A stretch of 40,534 nucleotides of DNA from Kiritimatiellia bacterium (GTDB lineage: Bacteria; Verrucomicrobiota; Kiritimatiellia; SLAD01), in the NCBI GenBank assembly GCA_007128275.1, contig SKXR01000211.1, forward strand, positions 1 to 40,534, written 5' to 3'. The notes beneath the pieces are model-generated. The model searched no databases. It was not told the DNA's origin and saw only the letters and a program-made list of their open reading frames with translations. Numbering within the stretch: position 1 is the first letter of the stretch; each line of letters opens with the position of its first letter. This document shows, in pieces, positions 26,067-33,711 of this stretch. A program made the translations under genes and the position numbers.

Positions 26067-26121
26067 CAGCTTGCGCGGTTGCCCTGGACTTGGAGGGTCG
26101 AGCTATGCGAGACCGGTTGGC
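26067..26121. repeat. 55-bp perfect direct repeat, copy C
   Basis: Identical over 55 nt to 25897..25951, offset by 170 bp. It lies in the 590-bp non-coding gap between ribE and the zinc-ribbon gene. Confidence 0.9.
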
Positions 26122-26358
26122 TGGCTGGATCATTGGCTGATCCTGGCCGCGAGCCTTTGACGCTCCCGGCGTCGTGTAACTCCGCCCTCCACATTTCCCC
26201 CTACGCGTAGCGGTCGGTGCGAAGGAGGACAACTTCCGTCAATGCAGAGAACGGAATGACCCTGAGAGAAATGCGGGCTGGGGCATGCCGCCGGTTGACT
26301 TGTTTCCGCACCGGGCCTACACTGCGATGCAAAATATTTCCAGAGGTCAGGGGGTAAT

Positions 26359-27063
26359 GTGTCAACAAATGTTGAGAAGCTGTTGGTTATACAGGATCGG
26401 GACAGAAAAATAGGTCGGCTGGCCCGGGAGATCAACGATCTTCCCAAACGCCGCAAGATGATTGAATCGCAACTGGACGCGCACAAGAAGGCGTTGGAAG
26501 AGGCGGAAGACGCCATTCGCAAGAAGGGCCTGGAACAAAAAGAGTTGGAAGCGTTGATCGAGCAGCGCAAGGAACGCATTCAGAAATTGCGCCAGCAACA
26601 GTTTGAAGTGAAGAACAACGATGATTATCGTGCGTTCGAGCATCAAATCGAATCGATCAACAAAGAGATTCTTGAGATAGAAGAACGTGAATTGGTCTTG
26701 ATGGAAGCGGTTGAAGCCGCGAAAGCGGTTCGCGACGAAAAGATCGAAGCGCTGAAATCCGAAGAGAAGATCGTGAACGAAGAGCTGGCGCGCTTCAAGG
26801 AACGCGCGGCCAACGTTGAAAAGGAATTGATCGAACTCGAGACGAAACGCCGGGCGCTCGCCGACGACATGGATCCGGAATGGCTAGCCCGGTACGACCG
26901 CATCTTCAAGCACCACGGCGATTTTGCGCTCGTGACCGTGGAGCACAGCACCTGCGGCGGATGTCATATGAAACTCCCTCCTCAGCTCGCCCACGATGCC
27001 CGCAAGCTGGACAGCATGACCACCTGCATGTACTGCGGTCGCTTGTTGTATTTTATCCCCTGA
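26359..27063 (+). CDS. Coiled-coil C4 zinc-ribbon protein (COG1579 / DUF164-like)
   Basis: About 190 aa of heptad-rich Lys/Glu coiled coil, then two CxxC pairs (CGGCHMKL, CMYCGRLL). GTG start as in the ORF track. Confidence 0.8.
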   Translation: MSTNVEKLLVIQDRDRKIGRLAREINDLPKRRKMIESQLDAHKKALEEAEDAIRKKGLEQKELEALIEQRKERIQKLRQQQFEVKNNDDYRAFEHQIESINKEILEIEERELVLMEAVEAAKAVRDEKIEALKSEEKIVNEELARFKERAANVEKELIELETKRRALADDMDPEWLARYDRIFKHHGDFALVTVEHSTCGGCHMKLPPQLAHDARKLDSMTTCMYCGRLLYFIP

Positions 27064-27080
27064 TGTGGGATAGTGTCTGT

Positions 27081-27462
27081 GGCAGATGGGGCCGGTGCTC
27101 GGTCGCTCCGCTTCGGCGGGGAGGAAAGTCCGGACTCCACAGGGCAGGATGCTCCCGCCAATAAGGGGAGGACCCTTTGCGATATCGAAGGGGACGGAAA
27201 GTGCCACAGAAAATATACCGTCCCGACCACGCCGCAAGGCGGGTGTCGGGATAAGGGTGAAAAGGTGGTGTAAGAGACCACCGCCCCGGAGGCAACGAAG
27301 GGGGCAGGGCAAACCCCATCCGGAGCAAGATCAAATAGGGAGCTGGAAGCGGCCCGCTTCATTTCCGTTTCGGCGGAAGCAGTTCCGGGTTGATTGCATA
27401 GATAAATGACCGAATCCTCCTTTGGGGGAACAAAATCCGGCTTACAGCCGGCCCCGTCAGCC
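27081..27462 (+). ncRNA. rnpB: RNase P RNA, bacterial type A
   Basis: Conserved blocks GGAGGAAAGTCCGGACTCCACAGGGCAGGATG, AGTGCCACAGAAAATATACCG, GATAAGGGTGAAAAGGTGGTGTAAGAGACCACC, GCAAACCCCATCCGGAGCAAGATCAAATAGGGA and ACAAAATCCGGCTTACAG. Terminal P1 pairing is GATGGGGCCGG / CCGGCCCCGTC, and P2 is TCGGTC / GACCGA. The ends are good to about 5 nt. Confidence 0.92.
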
Positions 27463-27480
27463 ATTGATAGTTGTGCGCCG

Positions 27481-28404
27481 ATGAATGTATCGCCATACCG
27501 TTTCCTTCAAATCGTCCAATGGACGGTCGTGACATTGACCGTACTGGTCGCGTTGCGGTTCGGGTACGCGTATTGGCGGCTTTCCGCCGCCGCTCCGTCT
27601 GCCGCGCTTCCGAAGGACACCGTTTCCGTCCATGACTGGCCGGAGCCGGCCGCGTTCGCGTCCGGGGACTGGACGGTTGTGCAACGCCGGGGTGCTGCGA
27701 TGCCCGCCCCCATGGGGCCGCTGGGGCAGCGCTTCCGCTTGGCGGGCACGTTCTTCGCCTATCCGGGCGAGGGCGAGGCGCGCAGCGGGACGCGCCACGC
27801 CATTCTGGATGACCTTCGAGAAAGAAAACAACATCTTCTGCAGGAAGGCGACGATGTGGATACGGTCGAAGTGGTCAGCATCTTCCGTGACCGGATTGTC
27901 CTGCGCGGCCAGGCGGGGGAGGAAGAGTTGTGGTTGAGTTTCACGGGAAAGGCGTCCCCGGACGACCGTCCCGCCGCCGATGAGCGGGCTGAAACGCCGC
28001 CACTGTTTGAGGACATGCCCGCGCTCGAAACCAGCCGTTTCGGGAAACGGATCGGCGAGAATCGATGGGTCCTTCAACGCGAGGAGCTGCTGCGCTATTT
28101 CGATGAGTTGCAGGAGGACCCGGAACGGTTGACCGCCATCTTCATGGCGATGGAACCGGATTACGACGAAGAGGAAGACCGGGGCGCGGGGTATCGACTA
28201 CGAATGCTCGGGGAGGATGTGCTTTACGAGGCCGCCGGGTTCCAGGAAGGGGATATCGTGCGTATGGTCAATTCCATGCCCATGACCAGCCCGGCCCGGG
28301 CCGAGTATTTCATCAGCGAATTCCTGAACGAACGCATCAGCGCCGTCGTGTTCGATATAGAACGGAACGGCGCGGAAGAGAAGCTCATTCATCTGATCCG
28401 CTAG
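27481..28404 (+). CDS. Membrane-anchored protein with GspC-like (type II secretion protein C) N-domain and PDZ-like C-domain
   Basis: - Start: ATG at 27481 is chosen because the ORF-track start at 27406 lies inside rnpB.
- One N-terminal TM (VQWTVVTLTVLVALRF).
- RFRLAGTFFA...AILDD...LLQEGDDVDTVEVVSIFRDRIVLRG...LWLSF resembles the GspC/PilP-like domain.
- GYRLRML..AAGFQEGDIVRMVNSMPM..VVFDIERNG resembles its PDZ-like domain.
The family call is tentative. Confidence 0.5.
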   Translation: MNVSPYRFLQIVQWTVVTLTVLVALRFGYAYWRLSAAAPSAALPKDTVSVHDWPEPAAFASGDWTVVQRRGAAMPAPMGPLGQRFRLAGTFFAYPGEGEARSGTRHAILDDLRERKQHLLQEGDDVDTVEVVSIFRDRIVLRGQAGEEELWLSFTGKASPDDRPAADERAETPPLFEDMPALETSRFGKRIGENRWVLQREELLRYFDELQEDPERLTAIFMAMEPDYDEEEDRGAGYRLRMLGEDVLYEAAGFQEGDIVRMVNSMPMTSPARAEYFISEFLNERISAVVFDIERNGAEEKLIHLIR

Positions 28405-28465
28405 AGCGTGTTAAACAATACCGTAGCCGCACTTCCGCGCTCTCGGCTCGGCGAGACGCCTCGCC

Positions 28466-30721
28466 CTACCTTGCGCGCCTTGTTCTCCGCCCGGTTTTGC
28501 TCTTCTTCTGGCTGCGCGCGGGTGTCTTCTTTTTCGCGGGTTGATCCGATTTAACCGGCCGGAAATCCACGAGTTTCCGCGCTTTGTCCACCTTCACGAT
28601 CTCCACGTCCAACAGGTCCCCGATGTTCAACGTGTGCCGGGTGCGGCGGCCCACGGCACGGTTGCGGTTCTCGTTGACGACATAGTGGTCGGCACGGAGC
28701 AGCGTGAAGGGGACAAGCCCCCGTTGCAGGGTGTCCACCAGTTCCACGAGCAGCCCGCGTTGATTCATAGAGGTCACCAACGCGCGATGCGGGCCGATTT
28801 CGCCGGCTTTGAGTTTGGCGGCGTAGTACTCGATCCGCTTCAGGTGCACACTTTCCTGCTCCGCATCGGCCGCTTCCCGTTCCGTCTTCGAAACATGGGC
28901 CGCCGTACTTTCGGCCTCTTCGCGCGAGTAGGGCGGGGCGTCATTCCGCTCGATGGCCTTCAACACCCGATGGGCGATCAAATCCGCGTAGCGGCGAATG
29001 GGTGAGGTGAAATGCAGGTAGTGCGAGAAGGCGAGGCCAAAATGTTCCGCCCGTTCGGCGGAATACACGGCGCGCTTCAGATTGCGGAGCATGGCGAGAT
29101 TCACAATATGTGCGACCGGCTCGCCGGCCACGGATTCGGCGATGGCGTTCAAATCTTCGCGGGTCGCCGTCGGCGCGGAGATCCCCAAGGCGGACAGGTC
29201 CACCGCGATCCGTTCCCACTGTTCCTCGTCGGGCGGTTCGTGGATGCGGTAAATAGCCGGGAAACCTTTCTGCGCAACATGTCGAGCCACCGTCTGGTTG
29301 GCCAGCAACATGAATTCCTCGATGAGATGGTAGGCGGTGTACGAGATACGGGGGACAATGTCGGTCGGGACGCCTTGATCGTCCAGTACACAACGCACTT
29401 CCGGCATGTCGAACAGAATGGAACCGCACCGCGCGCGTTTGCGGCGCAGCATCTCAGAGAGGTGATGCATGTCCTTGAGGACGACGCCGACGGGTTTGGT
29501 GACCGCGTCACATTCACCGCTCTTGAGATAGGTCTGCACCTGGTCGTAGTTCAGGCGACTGGAGGACCGGATCAACGAGGGAAACGTCTCATACTCCAGG
29601 ACCTTGCCTTTGGGGGAGAGGGTCATCCGCACCGTGTGTGCGAACCGGTCGACGCCGGGATTGAGGCTGCATATTTCTTCCGTCAAGTGCCGCGGCAACA
29701 TGGTGATGACACGGTCCACGAGGTACACGCTATTCCCGCGTGCACGGGCTTCCTTGTCGATCGTTGATCCCGCCTGTACATAGGCCGCGACATCCGCGAT
29801 GTGCACGCTAAGCACCCAGTTCTTGTCCGCGTTCCGGGTCAGCGAAATCGCGTCATCAAAATCGCGCGCGTCTTCCGGGTCGATCGTAAAGATCAGTTCG
29901 TCGCGCAAATCTCGTCGATGCTCGCCGGCGTCCGGCGACTCCTTGCACGAGCGGATGTTGCGGGACGCTTTTTCCACCTGATCCGGGAACGATTCGTCCA
30001 AGTCGTGGCTGCGAAGCAAGCCGAGCATGTCCACCCCCGGCGCGTCCGCCGGGCCCAGGTCTTCGATCACCTTTCCGGGCAAGGGCGTGTCGGGCGTATC
30101 CCACGCCAGGAGTTCCACCACCACGCGGTGATTGTCGCGAGCCGATTGTGCAGACGCGGCGATGGATTGGACGCGAATGTTTTCCTGCACGCGTGGATTA
30201 TCCGGAATGACGTATTGGTAGTGTGGCGCCACTTTGAATACACCGGACAACTTCTTGTAGCCCCGCTCGATGACGCGAACGATTTTTCCCGCGGTCTGGT
30301 CGGTGTCGGGCTTGGACGGGCCGCCGGTCTTGCGGGCTTTTCCCCGTCGGCCGGCGTCGCGCGAGCCGGTCAGTTCCACTTGCACGCGATCGCCATGCAA
30401 GGCGACGCCCATGGCTCTGGACGGGATAAAGAGGTCCGGCTTGCCCGGCTCGTCCATGGTGACAAACCCAAAACCGTCCGCATGCACGCTCAATTCGCCC
30501 GTCACCACGTGCTGTTCGGCGGGCAGCGCCCAGCGATTCTTTCGCAGGCAGACGATTCGACCACGCTGCTCCAGGTTCTTGAGTACTATTCGCAAATCGC
30601 GCCGTTTTCCCTCTGGAATATTCAGGGCGCGGATCAGCTCATGCTGTTTCATGGGCCGATAATCCGTTCGCTGCATAAATTGGTAGAGGCGGCGTTCGAG
30701 AGATGGTATATAGTCAGACAT
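28466..30721 (-). CDS. rnr: Ribonuclease R
   Basis: N-terminal HTH/cold-shock-like region (GFGFV), RNB catalytic domain (IDPEDARDFDDAISL, VYLVDRVITMLP, FTSPIRRYADLIAHR), an S1 domain and a Lys/Arg-rich tail. The ATG at 30721 is preferred; 30751 is possible. Confidence 0.92.
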   Translation of the reverse strand: MSDYIPSLERRLYQFMQRTDYRPMKQHELIRALNIPEGKRRDLRIVLKNLEQRGRIVCLRKNRWALPAEQHVVTGELSVHADGFGFVTMDEPGKPDLFIPSRAMGVALHGDRVQVELTGSRDAGRRGKARKTGGPSKPDTDQTAGKIVRVIERGYKKLSGVFKVAPHYQYVIPDNPRVQENIRVQSIAASAQSARDNHRVVVELLAWDTPDTPLPGKVIEDLGPADAPGVDMLGLLRSHDLDESFPDQVEKASRNIRSCKESPDAGEHRRDLRDELIFTIDPEDARDFDDAISLTRNADKNWVLSVHIADVAAYVQAGSTIDKEARARGNSVYLVDRVITMLPRHLTEEICSLNPGVDRFAHTVRMTLSPKGKVLEYETFPSLIRSSSRLNYDQVQTYLKSGECDAVTKPVGVVLKDMHHLSEMLRRKRARCGSILFDMPEVRCVLDDQGVPTDIVPRISYTAYHLIEEFMLLANQTVARHVAQKGFPAIYRIHEPPDEEQWERIAVDLSALGISAPTATREDLNAIAESVAGEPVAHIVNLAMLRNLKRAVYSAERAEHFGLAFSHYLHFTSPIRRYADLIAHRVLKAIERNDAPPYSREEAESTAAHVSKTEREAADAEQESVHLKRIEYYAAKLKAGEIGPHRALVTSMNQRGLLVELVDTLQRGLVPFTLLRADHYVVNENRNRAVGRRTRHTLNIGDLLDVEIVKVDKARKLVDFRPVKSDQPAKKKTPARSQKKSKTGRRTRRAR

Positions 30722-30763
30722 ACGGTGTAGTATACGGATTGAGGCGCACATTACCAGCAGAGG

Positions 30764-32221
30764 ATGGGGATGAAGATAGTCTTTGCGATCAGCGAAATAA
30801 CGCCTTACGCATCCACGGGCGGATTGGCTGATGTGGGTGCGGCGCTTCCTGTGGCCTTGGAGCAGCAGGGCGTGGAGGTGATCCGGATCATGCCCATGTA
30901 TCGTCGCCTACTGGAAGGGGATTCGCTGAAAACGGATACCGGCCTGCGCCTGAACGTGCCCGTGGGTTTGCGCACCTTGCAGGCCGAGGTCTGGCAGTCC
31001 GGGGATCCCGGGCCGGTGACCTATTTCATCAGAAAAGACGAATTTTTTGATCGGCGTGAACTCTATAGCCTTCCGGAACGCGATTACGACGACAACTTCG
31101 AACGTTTCGTTTTCTTTCAGAAGGCCGTGGTGGCATTGATGGATGCGCTCACAGTGCGCGCCGATATCGTACATGCCAACGACTGGGAGACCGGGCTCAT
31201 CCCGTACTTTCTGGATTACGGGATCCAGGGAATGGGGCGGGGGAGGAAGGAGAAGGTGGTGTACACCATTCATAACCTGGCATACCAGGGGATCTTTCCG
31301 GACAGTGAATTCCCGTACAGCAACCTTCCGTACTCCTGCTTTGCGCTGGATGAACTCGAATTCTACGGAAACATCAATTCCATGAAAGGCGGCATTGTTC
31401 GCGCCGACAAACTGACCACGGTCAGTAAGCGCTATGCGAGCGAGATCCTGACGCCGGAATTCGGGTGCGGACTGGAAGGCGTGTTGGGCGACGCAGAAGG
31501 CAAGTTGCACGGCATTGTCAATGGTGTGGACTATACGACCTGGGATCCATCGACGGACATCCTGATTGCGGCGCCGTACTCCCCGGAAAACCTTTCAGGA
31601 AAAAAGACTTGCCAAAAAGCGCTCCTCGAACGGTTCGAGCTCAAGGCGCCGCAGGCGAATAAGCGCGTGCCGGTCATTGGGATGGTCTCTCGTTTGGTGG
31701 ATCAAAAGGGCATGGATCTACTCGCCGAAGCCATGGACCGGATTATGGAGGAAGAGGTCTACTTTGTATTGCTGGGGTCGGGCCAGGAAGAATATCAGGC
31801 TATATGTCAACACTGGGCCAAGAAATGGCCGGAACGATTCGGCGTATACATCGGCTATCATAATGGTTTGGCGCATCAGATCGAGGCCGGGGCCGACATC
31901 TTCATGATGCCATCCCGATTTGAGCCCTGCGGCTTGAATCAGCTATACAGCCTTCGATACGGAACGATCCCGCTGGTCCATGCAACCGGCGGACTGGATG
32001 ACACCATTGAGAACATTTCGGAAGACGCCGTCGCCGGAAACGGATTCAAGTTCGAGGAATACACCGTGCAAGCCTTGTTGGGAACGCTGCAAAAGGCCTT
32101 GTTCATCTATCAAGACCAGGCGAAATGGCTGGCCATCCAGAAGCGGGCCATGAAAGAGGAATTTTCGTGGGACCGTTCAGCGAAGGAATACATCGCGCTG
32201 TACGAAGAGCTGCTCAGCTAA
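30764..32221 (+). CDS. glgA: Glycogen (starch) synthase, ADP-glucose type
   Basis: KIVFAISEITPYASTGGLADVGAALP, HANDWETGLIP, IHNLAYQG, SRLVDQKG and MPSRFEPCGLNQLYSLRYGTIP motifs. Confidence 0.92.
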   Translation: MGMKIVFAISEITPYASTGGLADVGAALPVALEQQGVEVIRIMPMYRRLLEGDSLKTDTGLRLNVPVGLRTLQAEVWQSGDPGPVTYFIRKDEFFDRRELYSLPERDYDDNFERFVFFQKAVVALMDALTVRADIVHANDWETGLIPYFLDYGIQGMGRGRKEKVVYTIHNLAYQGIFPDSEFPYSNLPYSCFALDELEFYGNINSMKGGIVRADKLTTVSKRYASEILTPEFGCGLEGVLGDAEGKLHGIVNGVDYTTWDPSTDILIAAPYSPENLSGKKTCQKALLERFELKAPQANKRVPVIGMVSRLVDQKGMDLLAEAMDRIMEEEVYFVLLGSGQEEYQAICQHWAKKWPERFGVYIGYHNGLAHQIEAGADIFMMPSRFEPCGLNQLYSLRYGTIPLVHATGGLDDTIENISEDAVAGNGFKFEEYTVQALLGTLQKALFIYQDQAKWLAIQKRAMKEEFSWDRSAKEYIALYEELLS

Positions 32222-32255
32222 GAGCCCGTTGAAAAACGCTCCTCGGGCATGCCAT

Positions 32256-32318
32256 CCACCGCCTCACGGCGGCCGCTACGAAGGAATAGGCAACGTAGCC
32301 GCGCCCGTGAGGGCGTGG
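32256..32318. repeat. REP-like imperfect inverted repeat
   Basis: CCACCGCCTCACGGCGGCCGCTACG (32256-32280) and CGTAGCCGCGCCCGTGAGGGCGTGG (32294-32318) are near reverse complements (about 20 of 25). The CGTAGCCGC core recurs at about 28422. Confidence 0.5.
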
Positions 32319-32509
32319 AACTGTTCAGATATCCATCCAAAAGGCGGAATCCCAAGGCATATTAGTAGACATAAGATATATTATGCGACGTTGCTATAGT
32401 TCTGTTTGTGAGCCGGATCGTTTCGTTTGAATGGCTATGTGATGTTGTTTGACGCGGACTTTAGGCAGGCTCGTTGAAGAAGGAATGAATGGTCTGCTTT
32501 CGGCGCAAA

Positions 32510-32532
32510 GACACAGGCAAGATGCCTGTGTC
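32510..32532 (-). terminator. Hairpin downstream of lepB (possible terminator or REP hairpin)
   Basis: Perfect 10-bp stem GACACAGGCA / TGCCTGTGTC with a 3-nt loop. On the minus strand it is followed only by TTTGCGCC, a weak T-tract. It lies 40 nt after the lepB stop. Confidence 0.45.
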
Positions 32533-32571
32533 ACCCTTTGTGAACGCCCGGTTGCCTTCTTCGGCGGGCTG

Positions 32572-33675
32572 CTAGCGGATTCGGCCCCAGCGAGAACTCA
32601 GCGGCCAGTAGACCGTGACGGCGGGCCCCACAATGTTCTTCTGGTTGATGCCCCCGAAATAGCGACCGTCGAGGCTGTGTCGGGTATTGTCCCCGAGCGG
32701 TAGATACTGGTCTTCGCCCAGTTGCAGCACGCTTCGGCTGTCGGTCAAGACGGGCGGTGGCACGTCCTGGTTCATCCGCGAATCGTGTGGAGCAGAGACA
32801 TAGCCGTGATAGCCCTTGTCGCGGTCATACACCTGGCGTCGAAAGACGTCCGGTTCAAGGATCCGTACGCCGTTTACCAAGAGGAATGGCGGCTCGATGG
32901 AAATGGCTTCTCCCGGCATGCCGACCAGTCTTTTGATGTAGAACGTGTCAGCCAGCACTTGCGGATGGTCGACATCGTCGGTGCTGAATACGAACACATC
33001 GCCGCGTTTCGGCCGCACAAAGTTGTATCGGACCTTGTTCACGAAAATATGATCGCCGGATCGCACGCGACCGGAAGCCACCACATCGCCCTTGCTTACA
33101 TAATCCCCAAGCTCGAAATGCCGGGCCATGTCGAGGCGGAACGGCGGGACGACCCCATTCGGGCTGTATAGGTAAGGATCTTCGCGGATCAATTGATTCA
33201 CCACGCCGGATCGCGCCGCGCGTACTTCCGTGTACCGGTCTCCGAAAAGGACGATTCGCACTAAACTCAGCGGGAATCGGTCCATCGTCCCCTGCCCCAC
33301 CTGCGATTCCACCTTGATGCCGTGCAGCGTGGGTTCCATTGAACCGGTCGGGATCTTGAATGGTTGAACAAAGAAGGTACGGAAGGCCATGGCCACCGTG
33401 ACGGCCACCACCAGGATCTCCAGATATTCCCGTATACGCGGATGGTTCTTGGGCGGATAGATCGCTTCCGTTCGTTCAATCAGCGTCTCGGCTTCACGCT
33501 CTATGCCGGCATCATCGCGGCGTTTCCACGCCTCTTTCAACGCGCGTTCCGCTTCATGTACCGCTTCGATCCGTTCGGAGGACGCGACATCCTCCCGCAT
33601 GTGACGCGCATGGCGCGCATCATGCAGGATATGCTTGATCTGCTTTTTCAGTCTGCGTCGCTGGAAATAGTTCAT
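32572..33675 (-). CDS. lepB: Signal peptidase I
   Basis: IPTGSMEPTL (catalytic Ser box), GDHIFVNK, RGDVFVF, YIKRLVGMPGE (Lys box) and PLGDNTRHSLDGRYFG. Confidence 0.9.
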   Translation of the reverse strand: MNYFQRRRLKKQIKHILHDARHARHMREDVASSERIEAVHEAERALKEAWKRRDDAGIEREAETLIERTEAIYPPKNHPRIREYLEILVVAVTVAMAFRTFFVQPFKIPTGSMEPTLHGIKVESQVGQGTMDRFPLSLVRIVLFGDRYTEVRAARSGVVNQLIREDPYLYSPNGVVPPFRLDMARHFELGDYVSKGDVVASGRVRSGDHIFVNKVRYNFVRPKRGDVFVFSTDDVDHPQVLADTFYIKRLVGMPGEAISIEPPFLLVNGVRILEPDVFRRQVYDRDKGYHGYVSAPHDSRMNQDVPPPVLTDSRSVLQLGEDQYLPLGDNTRHSLDGRYFGGINQKNIVGPAVTVYWPLSSRWGRIR

Positions 33676-33711
33676 GGGGAAAAGATGGATGGGAACGGAG
33701 GAAAAAGCAAC

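Noticed and set aside
25897-26121. A possible CRISPR array or diversity-generating retroelement TR/VR pair.
   Set aside because: There are only two identical 55-nt copies plus one degenerate copy, with unequal spacing. No cas or reverse-transcriptase gene is present in the window, and there is no A-specific mismatch pattern.
27406-27480. The ORF-track start (27406) for the GspC-like protein.
   Set aside because: These 25 codons lie inside the 3' part of RNase P RNA (conserved ACAAAATCCGGCTTACAG and the P1 3' strand). The ATG at 27481, followed by a TM helix, is the plausible start.
30722-30763. A very short (42-nt) divergent gap between the rnr and glgA starts, as a possible shared operator.
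   Set aside because: Only a short GTATAC palindrome is present, and the start-codon choice for both genes is uncertain by 6-30 nt. There is not enough signal to claim a regulatory site.
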